Of a DNA stretch of 64,000 bases, positions 40,910 to 56,386 are shown piece by piece (positions within the stretch are counted from its first letter, which is position 1; every line of letters begins with the position of its first letter). The stretch lies in contig CM022673.1 in NCBI GenBank assembly GCA_012295275.1, positions 62,001-126,000 of the forward strand, written 5' to 3'. A program made the position numbers and the translations under genes. The notes below the pieces were generated by a model, which saw only the letters and a list, made by a program, of their open reading frames with translations, had not been told where the DNA came from and searched no databases. The stretch comes from Chrysomallon squamiferum (Eukaryota > Animalia > Mollusca).

Positions 40910-43900
40910 ATGTCGCGAGCAATGATTCCCAGCCAGCAGAAGTTGGCTGAGAAACTCACGATTCTGAATGATCGTGGAAATGGAATGCTGACCAGGATTT
41001 ATAATATTAAAAAGGTTTGTAAAGTTTACTATATACTATAAAAGGTAAACGGAAATATCAATTTAATTTGTGAACTATTTTGTATGAATTATTTAAATGT
41101 TTTATGTTTAACATCATTATACATATATTTTTTAAATCATTAGGCTGGTCGTTTTTATTACCGTCCAACTATCTGAATTTGAAGTTAAATACAGTAATAT
41201 AAATTACAATAATTCAATATATTATATAACTATAAGAATGTTAAATATCAAATTCAATTGAAATTGCTGTTCAGTGTTCTAAAGGAATATAGTATATAGT
41301 AGTATTAAAGAAATGCCGATTGCAGCTTTTAATTTAAGATTAATTTATCTAACATAATTTCTTGTCAGCCACAAAATTTTATCATATTTTTCACCGAAAT
41401 ATATATTAAATTGCTGTAAAAACATGTCATAAGACATCTGTCAGTGACAGTCACACTTGGTGGATATTATATTACAATTTACCAATTTATCTTTCAGATG
41501 TTGGGAAATCATGAAAATAAACCAGCATTTCTCTCTGACAAGAATATGGAACCAGCACTTCGTGTTTTGCTGCGGAGATTTCCACAGTATGACAATAAAG
41601 CTAGCCAGGTAACAAGCCATTTTAATTCTATTGTGTTAAAAAAAATTATTTAACACTTGGAACTCACTTACATTTTTGCCATTAACAATTAATTAATTAT
41701 ACAGATTTGTAATGATATGCTGCATTTTCTGCAAATAATTTTATGAAGGTGCATTTATTCTTCATTGTATCTGTTTCAGCTAAGCATTGTTAGTTCAAGG
41801 AAGGCTGAAATATCTAAGGCACTCTCCTTATACTACTACACCTTTGTAGACATCTTGGATTTTAAGGTAATGTACAGTTTCAGTTTAATTACATCTTGAG
41901 GCAAATTGAATATCGGATTAACCATAGTAAAACTCAAAAGTGATTTTTAAAAAATCAGTTCAGACAGTTAAAAAATATTTAAGCATAAAAAGTGGTAAAT
42001 AATATTTGGTTTTATTCTTATCTAACAAATAATAATTCTCTTCAGTAAACTTCAAGTATCATTTTGTTTCTCATTACAGGATCATGTTGTTGATCTACTT
42101 ACAACAATTGATGCTTGTCAAGTACACATGGATATAGTAAGTGTAACTGTTACACACACACATACAACCATGCAGACAAACATCCACATGCAGACAAACA
42201 AATATACAAACATGAGTGTGCATGCACACACACAACACACACACACACACACACAAAAACAACACACATACAGTATTCCCACCCACACTATTTCTGACAT
42301 AAATTTTAATATGTCATTTTTATTTTTCACAATCTCACTGATTAATTAATATTTATATTACTGATAAAAAATCAGTATTAAATTTTCTACAAACTGCTTT
42401 GGTGTGCATTGTACTGACTAAATATTAAAATGAGATATTGTACTTTTCAGAGTTTGAACTTTGACCTAACAAAAAACTATCTAGACCTCATCTCAAGCTA
42501 TGTGTCCATAATGATTCTTGTATCAAAGGTGGAAGACAGAAAATCAGTGCTTGCTTTGTTTAATGCAGCACATGAATTCATGCATGGGAAAGGGTATGTT
42601 TTGGGATATTATGCTTGTCTTACTGTTTATTAATTTTATAGTTAATTTAAGCCCAAGTAACAGCATTTAATTATCATTTCTCACTGAAAAAATTAATAGT
42701 ATAATTTTTTGCAACACTTTATTGTTTAATATTTTTATAAACCTGTCTATCTGTCTATGTGTTATGTGTGCATAATGCATTAAATTTAGAAAAATAAAAT
42801 ATAAGTTAATATACTGAGAGTATGACTTCCTAAATGACACCTAGTTTTCAACATGCAACATACACTAGATTAACCTAATTAAAAAGAAGAAATATTAAAG
42901 CAATAATGTAATATTAAATACTGAAGGTCAAAATATTGCCTTGTAATTAAATGCAATGTGATTATTTCACATTTATCTATACACACGGTCATTTTTAAGA
43001 TTACACAGCATGGAAAAGTTGTAGTTTCTCCAGACAACTAGGTAATTATGCAAATGTCCCAAACCTCACTAGTGTTTAATTTTATTTATTTTTAGGGATC
43101 CTACATACCCGCGTCTTGGTCAGATGTTTCTTGACTATGATCCACCAATGCAAAAGCTAGCAGAAGAATTTGTGCCACATTCCAGGGTAAGTTGTATCTT
43201 TCATTATAATAGTCTAAAAACATTTGTAAGTTCTGTAACAGAATAGCAACATCTTGCTGAAAGTGAATGTTATGTTTATTTTTTTATGGTTAGATTGTGA
43301 TGACAGATATTATTCTGTTAATAATAATGGTTTTATTAGAATATGCTGTCACTTTATTTAATATTTTATTATTACTTTTCTAAGACTTATGACAAATAAA
43401 TAGTAAAAAAAAGGTTTCCTTTCCGTCAACATAGAAATGAATAAGCTTAATAATTAATGACACAAAAGGAACAGTAAAATATATATATTTCTTTATATTA
43501 TACTGCATGTAACATCATCATGAGGAGAGAAAACTGCTGATTTGAGATAATTTGTTTTAAACAACAAAATAAATGTTTCTTCATTTAAATATTCAAATAT
43601 ATTGATACAGATTTTACTGTTGCACTTTGCAGTTTCTGATGCCAGCTTTGTTGTCACTGAGCAAAGTTTACCCACAGCGTAACCTTCCTGCTGAACAGAT
43701 GAGATCACAGCAAGTTCTCAGCATCATCTCTGAACCTTCTAAAATGTCTGCAGTTGTCAGTTCAGATATGGTTGTTACCCTAAATCATTGATTTTTAACT
43801 TGTGTGGAAGTGTCCCCCTTCAGGTGCTGCAAATATATATTTATAACAGCTTATAGCTTCACTATGTAATTTATTGTCTTTGTACTTTTGCGACCAGTAA

Positions 43901-46900
43901 AAGGTACAATATTTTGGATGCCAGCTGTAAAAAAATTATTTGAAAAGGGTGCTGAAAAAAGAAAATGGTTAAGAACCAGTGTTGTAGATATATTAAAGTC
44001 TAACAAAAGTTCAATGATTTTATGCAAATCAGATCTTTTTTCTTAGTGACTGTTTATTATGTCATTGATATATGTCTAATGTTTTCCTTCATTGATGTCA
44101 CATTTTTGCTTTTATAACAAATTTTAATATCATGTATTGTTAATTATGAGATTTAATGACATAAAAAGAAATATTTCTGAATTTAATATTTTTTTTACTA
44201 AAAAGTTCAGATGTTTTAGCTTAATTTTGTGAATGGTGTTTTTTGGTACTGTCAAGAATGTATTGTATAAATTCTTGAGCAAGGTGAAGTACAAGATAAA
44301 CTGAATAGTAAAATGATGCAAATACAATAATATTCCACTCAGTCTCTATAAGACATACATCAGTGTATAAGATAAATGTTGATATTTTTATAATTAAACT
44401 GACTTTTTATTTGATATATATATATATATATTTTTTTTTTTTTTACCCCTCTTATATGTAATATTTAGATTCAGTGTGAGTACCAGTCTCTGGATACTAT
44501 GGAAAAATGGATTATTTGTAAGTTATTGTCTTTTTCCCTTTTCTTACTATATTTGTTTTCATTAAAACTAATATTTTAAACTTGAAAATGGAATATTTGT
44601 TCTACAGAAAGAGCTGTGGTTTTTTTTAGTCATCAGTACTATTAAATAGTAAATTGTTTTTCTTTAAATTTAACAAAAACAAAGAATGAGAATGCAGTAA
44701 TATCCATTTCTTAAATTGGAATAGCCTTTGCTATGAAGTGATTTATTTATTCTGTGTATTTTTATATACTTATACACTACTGTTATAAAACTATTTGACA
44801 GATGGCTTGATGCTGTGTTACAACAGCCTGTCTGAGGCTCATGTCTGGGATCTATGGAAGATTGCTCTAGGTTCTGGCTACATTCTACAGCTGTGTCGAG
44901 ATGAGGTCCTGCACATTCATAGTTACATTATCACCTTCTTTGAAAGTCTCAGAGGGTGAGCAAATAAGTGTTCTCAGAGTAAAACCAAATCATTTACTTT
45001 GTATTAAATTTAACAAATAATATATTTAGTGTTTGGACAGGTAACATCTAAAACTTTTTTTTTTTGGAAGTTTTATTGTTATTTTATTTAAAACTAAATG
45101 TGCATTGAACTGATAAATAATTTATTTGGAATTTATATATTTTTCTTTTATTTTCTTTATATATTTTATTTTTTATTTTTAGATATTTATTATTTTATTT
45201 TATTTATTTTTTCCCTCTTTTTTTTTTTTTTTTTTTTTTAGAAATATTATTCTATATTTTTAATGAACATTTCACTATTTTTTAATTTTGGTGAACTAAA
45301 TGTTTTGAAAAATATCTTACACTGTTATTCTGTTAATTCAAACTAACATATTTTAGGAAATTTAAATTTAAATGACTTTTGGATTAGACAAACAAACATT
45401 TTCTACCACATTGTTTATTTATATTTGTGTGTTGTACAGATACAGCCATCACAACAAACGTGTAACAGAAGTCAGAGAACTTCAGACACATGCACTTCAG
45501 ACTTCGTAAGTAGTTTTCATGTTAGTCACAAAAGTTTAATATAATTTTGATATAATTTTTTCATTTACTTTGACTTAATTAAAAATATTTAAAATTCCTA
45601 TCAGTAAATTTGATTTACTATTTTATTACTGGTTTTTATATGTCAGTGGGTTTATTATGAAATAAATAACATCTAATCGTGTAGATATTTTTACTGGCAT
45701 TTGAAGATTTGTTTTATTAAGCTATTTTCCAGATATATTCAAATCTGTTAGATAACTATATTGTTTATACAACTATATTTAACTAAGATACTTTTTTACT
45801 TTTTTACTTTCTTACTGTATGAATTGTTTTTTTTAGATATCTAGAATATTTATGGTGCCAAATTTGTGCAAGATACTGATTAATTACTCGGTTTTTCTTT
45901 TAATAATTTGTAGCCCAGGAATTCACAGAGAGAGAAGGAAATTCTTAAGATCGACATTAAGAGAACTGTCACTCATTTTCACAGACCAACCAGGGCTTCT
46001 GGGGCCTAAAGTGAGACAAAGAAATTATCACTGATGGTTTTTTTAGATTTTTTTTTGTTGAGATTATTGTATAACTGATATTGTTATCTAACCTATAAAA
46101 ATTGTCTATTTTTAAATAACATGTTGCTTTCCATGCTAACATAATAAAAAAAAAATAATAATTACCAAAAAAAAAATTAAATGAAATATAATGATAGTTT
46201 AAAAAAAAAATAATAATAGTAAAATGAAATTGTTCTAGATGCTGTGTTAAATTAACAAACATAATTTTTATTTTTCCTTATTTTTTTATTACTTTATTGC
46301 AAATGAATGACTCAGTTTACTTTGAAATCTCTCACTTCTGTATTATTAAAGATTATCTGCAATGTTTTCAGTGTTTTAAATGTAAAAAGTTCACTGATGT
46401 ATAATTAAAACATTTTTATTTGAAGGGTTTGTTCGTGGTGCAGGCTTTGTCCATAGCAAGAGATGAGGTAAACTGGCTGTTACGTCATGTTGTCAACCCC
46501 CCAGGAAAGCGACACAACATCAAACTTGGTCCTGAAGAGTTTTTAGATCGGTATATAGTTTAGTTTAGAACTTTATAGTGTGGTGTTTAAAATTATTATT
46601 TTACTGACAGATTATCATAACTATGCAAGTGAAATTGTTTCTTAATATAAATAAATAAATAACTTTAAAAAAAATATATTTCTTTTAAGAAAAATCATGC
46701 AACTTTTAAAATTTAAGGAACAAACAAATATTAACTATTTAATTAAATATATGTTTTTGGTTTGTGGGTTTTTTTTCATTATGAGAAGGAAATAATTTAC
46801 TTTTTTAATTAAAACTTAAGATATCCACTTATTGATACCGAAAGTTTGTTTACAAGTTAAGTAATTTTTAAAAAAAAATTCATTGTTTTTAACAGACAAC

Positions 46901-49900
46901 TTCCAGAGTTACTGTTCTATATGGAAGAACTCAAAGGTGAGTTTCTGTTTTTAGTTAAATTTATATATTTATGTTGTTATTTCTATTTTGTCTACATATA
47001 AAGCTTATATACTATAAAAGAGGTGAATAAAAGAAAATAACCATAAAAAAAAAAATGATATAAGAAATTCACTGATAGGGAACATATTTAAAAAAAATAT
47101 ATATATTTATGATAGATTTTATGTGTTATATTTTAACATTTCTTTTATTATAAAGATAGCAATATGCATCTATTTCCAGTCTGTGGGAAAGTTCATTATA
47201 TATATATTTCATGTAGGTCTTGTGAAGAAGTACAATCAAGTGATACAGAGATACTATGTACAGTTTCTGTCTGGTTATGATGCTGTGTTCTTGAATCAGC
47301 TCATACAGGTATATTTTTATACCTTCACCTTTCTCATTTTCATATTTAGATATATTATATAATCTACACCATGTCATACACACATACTAACATACATACA
47401 TACATACATACATGCATATTCTTATTAGTAATATAGTATTTTTTAATTATTTTTTAAATTTTCTTTTTCTTTTGCAGTACAGCATAATGCTTAAAAATAT
47501 AATAGAAACTCATACAAAAATTATTAATTTGATTAATTTTTAATTTATTGTCTTAAAATCTTTGTTTTATTTTATTTTATTTTATTTTATTTTATTTTAT
47601 TTTATTTTATTTTATTTTATTTTATTTTATTTTATTTTATTTTTTATTTTATTTTATTTTATTTTATTTGTTTGTTTTTATTGTTTATTTTTTATATATA
47701 ATTTTTAATTATTTTTTTATTGTTGTTGTTGCTGTCTTTTTGAGTAATGGTCAATTTAATAATTAAATTATTTCAGAGTCTAGCTATGTGTCCAGAAGAT
47801 GAAAGTGTCATTTTGTCCTCGTTCTATAACACAGTTTCTGCAGTGACTGTGAAACAAGGTGAGAATGAAGTTATTTATAAATTTTAGTTTGGTTAAGAAA
47901 TATATGCATTCAGTTTTATAAATATACAAAACAAGATAATGAAAAAAAAACCATATAGATAACTAATAATAATGAGGTTAAAAAAAAAAAAAAAAAAAAT
48001 TTGCTTATGAAAGACTACAAATTTAGCATAATATTTTCACTTGTTTTCCAGATACATAATTTCATTAATCATTTTAAATCCTTTTAAACTGTTTGTTAAT
48101 AATATCTACAAACAATTTCTGGTGATGGAATCCGAAAAGTCTTTTAAATGATTTTTATTTCTGTATGTGATATTTATTTTTATTTTTTCTGTAGTTGAGG
48201 AAAATGAACTGTTTGATTTCCGAGGTTTCCGATTAGACTGGTTCCGGTTGCAAGTGAGTTTAATTTTTATTTATTGTTTTCTTTGGTTCTTTTATTTTTG
48301 TTTTTATTAATTTAACATGAACATAAACCATCTTCCAAAAAACAGTGATTCATGAGCATGTACATACCTATTTCATTGAAGAAAAGAATTGTATTGTGTA
48401 TAATTATTTTATTTTTAAATCCATATATAGCAATGAAAGAGTAAGAATGTTTTCATTTTCTAAATGTCAAAATTGCATACTATTATTGATTTATCATTTT
48501 CATCATTATATAATTTGTGATGAACCATGTTTCATGTGGGGTTTTTGAATTTAAATGTTTTTTTTATCCCCAGACATACACCAGTATGAGTAAAGCTGGG
48601 CTAATGCTGCAGGATCATCAGGACCTTGCTAAACACATGAACACTGTGGTCTTCCATACCAAGATGGTTGACTATCTGGATGAATTGCTCACTGAGACTG
48701 GAGATCTCTCCATCTACTGGTAAGTAAATCTCTTCATCATAGTAGGGAAGGAGAGAGAGAGAGAGAGTGGTAGGGGTATATCTGCTTCATAGTGATACAG
48801 ATTTAAACATACTTCATACTCTGGTACAATTTATGTTTTATTTCCTTATTTTTGTTTTAGTTTCTACACAACATTGTTTGAGCATCAGTTCAAGCAGTGC
48901 ATGGAGTTTCCAGCCCAGCATAGATTCAGCATTATCTTTCCAATGATCTGTGGTCACTTCATGAATGCAACTCATCCTCTCTGCCCAGAAGAGGTAATGT
49001 CCAGTTTTGTCCTTCAATGCTGTCTGATTCTTTTTTTTCCTTTTATTAAAATACAATGGAAAAGTTGTTTTACTTTAATTTTAATTTTAGTATGGATTTT
49101 AAGGCTGATGTTTAGAATTTTCACAGTGATAAAACCTCAAAAGTGTTTTCTAAAACATTCCAAATTAATTTTCTTTTTAATTAAACATGGCCAGCATCTC
49201 TAAATTTATTTCTGAGCCTGAGGTGTTATAAATTATCTTGTTTGTTCACAGCGACACTCAATAGGAACAACTAGTGTCCAGTATGCTCACTGGTTTCTGA
49301 AGGAGATGTCAGAGGAAGTGAACCAAGTAATCACAGCAATCTGTGAAGAACAATGCATGCTCAGTTATAAGGTATATAATTTTATATATATATACATTAA
49401 TTTTTTTTATGTTCAAGGGGGGGTTACATTGTTCTGTTACATTCATTAAAAGGTATTTCAGGATATACACACACACACACATATACATGTATATATATGA
49501 GGTTACATTCAGTCCTCTTACACTGAGCTAAAATATTTTGTCAGATTTAAATGACAAGTACTTCAGTTGACAAATTATGTTTTGTTACAAGGGATGTGTG
49601 CTGTTACAGTTTATCTGGTCCTATTACAACAAGTTACATTTAGTTAATAATATTATGTTAAGTAAAATTTTAACTTATTTCCTATTACAAAAATATTTTG
49701 TTATAAATGATAATTAATTTTATATTAAGTATATCAAGTTTTCAACTACTTTATCATCTTCCTTATTTTAATTTTTTTTAAATTTTAATTATTATCCTTT
49801 TAAGAGGTATATTGCATTTACAAGTGACCATTTATGTTTATCACATAGATGTGAACTTTGTTAAGCTTTTACCTACATGATCTTCTGGTTGACTGTTTAT

Positions 49901-51609
49901 TAGTTTTTTTTATCTCTCTCTCAGTTTCTCCATTTGTAATCTTTCCAAATGGTATATAACATTTTAATAAAAAAATAAAAATAAAATAAAATACAAATGA
50001 CAGTTTCTATGTAGGTTTGTAATTTCTTTTGCATTTCATTCTTAGTATTAAATAAATATTTTATTTCAAATATATTTTGTTCCTTCAGCTGTTACCGAAA
50101 CATAGTGCAGCACTGATCATGAAGTCAAACCAGAAAAACAAGAAGGGCAAAAAAGGGGACAAGAAGGATGTCAAGGACAAAGAACCTGAGAAACCAGGGC
50201 AGGAGAGTAAAAGAAAATACAGAGAGAATTTTACAAGGTGTGTACTGTGTTTCACAGATATCTAAAATAATTCAGTCTGGATAATCGTGATTATAAAAAT
50301 ACTTTTTGACAAAAACAAAAATACAGAAATATTAGTATAATCTTTTCAGCTATGGATAAATATATTAGGAAAACAGAAATATTAACAAGCAATGAAACTT
50401 CATGTAATTTATAAAATTTAATAGTTTATCAACTGTTTATTTAGTATTTTATTTTATGGACTGATATTTATTGTTATAAATTATACATGTATTAAATATA
50501 ATCCAGATCTATTGTTTTATTATTATTATTATTATTATTTTTTTTTTTTTTTTTTTTGATTTTATAAATTGTTCACCTTAGAAAGCACAGGCCTCATAAA
50601 ATCTTTCTTTTTCCTCAGAGAAATTTTGTTGTCTCATTCCACAGGTTAATATTACAATAGGTATAAATAATTCAGTTTGTGTTATCCTAATTTGTCTGTT
50701 TTTATGGAATGTCATGAAAATCAACTTCATTGTACAGTATTTTAGCTTTTGTGTGTTGCAGAATGGACAAGTTACACATGGCATTGACAGAACTATGTTT
50801 TGCCATCAACTACACCAACATCATTCAGGTGTGGGAGCATGGCTTTGTGCCTCGAGAATTCTTTCTGCAACAGCTTGAACTACGATTCAACAAGTAGGTT
50901 TTACCAGAAAACATCTGAAATTGATAAATTTTAAAAATTAATACAGTTGTTATGTATATTTAAGAATAATATTAATTATTATATATGTTAGCATTTGTAG
51001 AAGGTGATGCAACATGAAGCATACTTATATATATATATCATTTTTATTTCTGAAAAATGCCAGCTGCACAATAAATGGTAATTCCTTTTTGGAAATCATG
51101 TATCTCTTTGAATTCTTATATTACTTGAAATTTGATATACATTTGATTTTTCACATAAACATATAAATCAGAAACATCTTTGCTAATAATCAAAATGCTG
51201 TATTTTTTAATGATGAATATTTTAAAAAAAAAAAAAAAATCCCAGAAATGGTACGAAATACAAAATTGGAATTTAAAGATTAATTACATGAAAATGTTTA
51301 AAACTGGATGGCTTTGCTACATTTTTCACTGTAAATTAACATATTTAACAATATTTATTTATTTATTTATTTTTTAAACAGAGCACTCGTAGGAATGATG
51401 ATGTATAACCCTGAAACTAATGAAATTGCCAAACCATCAGAGTTGTTGAATGGTGTCCGTGCTTACATGAGTGTTCTGCAGTGTATTGAAAATTATGGTA
51501 AGTTTATCCAAACCTCACAAAATTAAAAGATATTTACATCTTCACACCACACTGGTATATTTTCTTGTTTTGTATCTAACTATATTTTGTATGTGTATGT
51601 GTGTGTGTA

Positions 51610-51656
<47 letters not shown>

Positions 51657-51791
51657 CTGGGCAGAAAAAAAGAGTCTAAGTAGGCATCTCATGTACTGAT
51701 GTTGTCTTAGAAGTTTTTGAAAATATATCTATTAATATTTGTAATTTGTAGAATATTAATTTGTGCCTCTGCTGTTTGTTTGTTTGTTTGT

Positions 51792-51826
<35 letters not shown>

Positions 51827-54800
51827 TATATTTATTTATTATAATTTGATTTTTGTACATTCATATGATCAGAGGATTTAAAGGTGGTTGATTTGGCATT
51901 AGTAAATGTTCTGAAAATGTATATTAATAATATTTCAGTCTAAAAATATATTATTATATGATATTTATTTTTGTTTGATGTATTGTTTTTCAGTTCACAT
52001 TGACATTGCCCGTGTTTTTAACAATGTCTTGCCCCAGCAAACTCAACCGACAGACAGCACAGGAGAGAAAACCATCACTTCAAACTATACAAACTGGTAA
52101 ACACTTTTCTTCGTAAAAACATAATCACAGATCAGGGATAGCAAATGTGTTCCCGATGTGCAGAAAACATTTCTGCAAAATTCTGTTGATTTCATTTGGA
52201 ATTTTTTGCAGCAACAAGTAATGATGATTAATGTTAAAATTATTATTATTATTAGTTTATAAATTTTTTTTAAAAAGGAGAAAACATTTTAAGCAAAAAT
52301 GAATGTGGTTTTTAAAATCATGGAAGGCAATATATTCTGATAATTTGTTTTCAAGTTTTATCAGCCATTTTTTTTTTTTTTTTTATATATTTTAATTGTA
52401 ATTATAGTTACATTTTATCCACAGTTTTGTCTTTCTCTGTTTTTATTTATAAAATTGATCTTATTATTATTTATTTTTTTTACGTCTTTTTCTTTTAATC
52501 TTCAACAATTGTTCTCTCAGAGTTTATTAAACTGTACTTAAGTAATTTCTGAAATAAGTTTATTCCGTTTTTTTGGTTATGAACTATTGGAATTATTTCA
52601 GGTATTTGGAAGTTTTGTTGAGACGAGTGACAGTGAACCCTGGACAGATTGTTTATTCTCCACGTTACAAAGCTTTTGTGAGTGTCTTCTCAGAAGCACA
52701 GTTGCCTTTTGCAGCTGAGGAATATGCTGACATCACAGGTTCATCTGTTTATCATTTACAACTTGATTACATGAATAATCGATTGTGTTCAAAAATTGTT
52801 TTTAAAGCTTGATTACATAAGTAATTAACTATGTACATACACTGTCTTTATATATATTTTTATAACTTGTCTGTGTATTTCAATATTTAATTTGATATTT
52901 ACAAACATGAAAGATCACAATTTTATTTCACTGGTTTATTAATTTAATTTTAGAGTTGCGTGCTCTTGCTGAGCTGATTGGTCCCTATGGAATGAAGTAT
53001 ATGGGAGAGAGGCTGATGCTGAATATTGCCAGCCAGGTTGATGAGCTGAAGGTAGAAATAATTGTGTTTATTTTATTGAAAAATTATTAATAATAAAAAA
53101 AAAATTGTAACATAAATCTATTAAAAGTTTAAAGTATTTTATTTAGTTTTATTATTAATGTTGTTATTATTAATTAATTCTGATAATTTTTTTCATGTTT
53201 TATTGATTTAAATTACCATTATTTATCAAATATTTATTAACCAGTATTTCTTAAAATAGTGTGATTAAAATTTTACATTGATCTATGTTTCATTATTAGA
53301 AACTATATTCAGATAAGGAAATCAAATTAATAATTTTCTGTAATGCACACAATTAATATATTTTAATATTTTTGCTAGAAAATGGTGATCCAGAACAAAG
53401 ATATTTTGATTCAGCTGAGAACAAGTTTTGACAAGCCAGAAACCATGAGAGAACTGTCTCGGAAGCTGCAAAGTAAGTTGTACAAATGTTTTATGTTCTT
53501 ATTTTATCATAACAATTTAACCATAATACATCATAATAAAATTTAATCTTGTTGCCTTTAGAGAGATTGTCCTGTATTTCATCTTTTCATCTGTTTCATG
53601 TCAAAAAAAATGATTTACATTTTTTGAAATTGGTAAAACAAATATCAGCTTGATTTCTGTATTCAGTGTGCATAAAAGTTATAAACTATAGTTAGACTAA
53701 TAACCTAAATTTTACTAACTAGACATCATTTCAGTATAAACTCAAATTGCCTTTGGTATTATCTGTTAAACAGTCAGTTCAGAACCTGCTGGTCAGGAAT
53801 CTGATGACATAACATTTGCATCATTGGAGATTGTAAGGACAAATCTGGACATTCTCATGAGAGAAATATTTTAAATATTTTGATTAGACGATTGTTTATG
53901 ATAACATGAATGCAGTTTATTGTTGTTTTATTTTCATTCAAAATTTTAAATAAAAGGAAAAATCAAATTTTACTTCTTCATAGTAAAAACAGCATAAAAG
54001 TTCCAGTGAAGTTTATCTAAACTAAAAGCAAAATTGGATTTTAATTTGCCAATGTTTGGTCGGGGTTTTTTTGTTTGTCTGTTTGTTCCATTCCACTCAT
54101 TAAAACTGTGGCAGTTTTACTAAAATATCTTTTTAGAAATACAAAAGAATATAGATCAAGACAAAAGAGCTGTAAAAAATAAAAAAGCCTGGCATTTTCT
54201 AAGGCATTAACATAGGCTCAATGCATAAAGGAGGACAGGACATAAATCAGTCTAATACATTTAAATTCTTAAATTTAAATTTTGTGTTATTAATAATTAT
54301 CAGCTAGTATTTATTCAGTTGTTGAAAAACTTCTGCAACTAATTCATTTAAGATTATTAATATTTGTAAATATTTAGAATGAGAAAATAAGCACATAAAC
54401 ATACTTAATTGTGACTTTTATTAATTGGTTAAATTTTCCTTGAGTATTTAAATTAAAATTAAATGTAATTTTAATTGTAAAATATAAAATTACTTTCAAT
54501 ATGTTGTGAAATATGAAATATTCTTTCCTTCTCTTTATCAGTTTTGTACCAGAAATCTACTGAAAATGTTTACTATTTATATCTAAGTCACTTACTAAGT
54601 GAATCTTTAAAAACAAAAACAAAAACAAAACAAAAAAATTGATATAGTATTATTTTGTTTGAACAATATAACTGTTCTAACCACCTGATGATATAACATT
54701 ATTAAAGAACATAACTTCATATTGTATGACATGATTTTATTTTGTTAAAAGCATGAACAGACTTTTTTTTTAAATCCTTTTTAATGCTTTACCATCATTC

Positions 54801-55220
54801 AGAGGTTAAACCAGCCTCATGTAAGCATATTATGTGACTGCTTCTTGTGTGTTAAGTGTTGTTCTTCTGTTTGACGACTCATTGTCTTAAATCATTTCTG
54901 TCTACTTAGTACTTTAGTAACATTAGAAATAAGTATTAAATAAAAATTACAGATTCACAAATATTTATTAATGATTATAAATATGTTCAGTAATATTGAT
55001 GACACGTGTAGAAATGTGTGTACGTGTATATATATATAAAAGATTGAGCATATATAATATTTAATAAAGATAATTTGTTTGAAAATATTTAATAAAAATG
55101 ATTAATTTGATACATTTGATAAATATTTAGGATTGAGTATATTAGCATTTCTTGTTATGTTGTTGTTCAGTTAGATGTTTTAAATTGAGTTTTACTGAAG
55201 TATTAGTTAATGATATATGT

Positions 55221-55274
<54 letters not shown>

Positions 55275-56347
55275 TATATACATATAAATCCTTGTAAATT
55301 ACATATTAATTATATATCGAATATTAGCACATATTGCTCAGTTCATATAAAATACACCTTATAAATTGCACTTGATAAATAACATTTGGCAAAGTCACTA
55401 TTGTCTCACCTATATATTTTCACAGTAAACTGTTTTTCTCTTTCACATAATTTTTCTTTTTAATAAAGTAACAGTTTAGCAGCACTCATAGTAATAAAGA
55501 TTGCATATTATAAAGAGATTAAAATTTTGCTTCTGTAAGATACTGTTGGTGAATTAGTAACTTTTCTCAAGTGTAGGAAGGCAAATGAGCAGTGGTGTGT
55601 GTGTGGTGTGTGGTTTGCTTGTGTGCCTGTGTATGTGTGTTTCTGTTTGTTTGGTGACTTTTAAGTGGTTTATATATTCAAAATATCTTTCGTGTTTTTC
55701 TTTTAATTTAAAAAGATAATGTAAGAAAAGTCTCACATCAGTTCAAAATAAATTTCAAAACAAATCTGAGACCCCCATATGTTGCCAGTTCTGTAGTACA
55801 GTGTCTGCATGTGTGTGTGATGCTCAGTACCACAGAACTGAAACTACAGAGGGATCAGTTGTTAACACTAGATTCTGTCTGACACACAGTCGTTTTGAAT
55901 TGATTTGATGTAGCAGCTTTTTCATTAATCCACACTTCATTATTTTCTTTAAACTTTATCACATATCATATAGTATTTAGTTTTAATTATAATGACTGAT
56001 TATTTAACTTCTCTTATTATTTTTTATATCATACTATTGTAATTTAAATTTGTGACACAAAACTGACTCAAATGTAGGTACACAAAATAAGGTTGAGAAG
56101 TGAAACTGAATCAGTGTTTGATAATTTTTAGAGATTCTTGAACCAACATTTTTGTTAGGTGGTGGTTGCATGTGTGTGACTGCGGTTATGGATAGATGGG
56201 TGTAAGTGTCATAGCTAGCAATTTGATTTTCTTTGAATTCAACATAAATTAATAACATTTTTCTTACTAATTTTTATAATGTATAGATACTTTATACATT
56301 ATTTTATATTTTGTTTTCTTAGTAAAATATTTATGTAGTTTGTCAAA

Positions 56348-56386
<39 letters not shown>

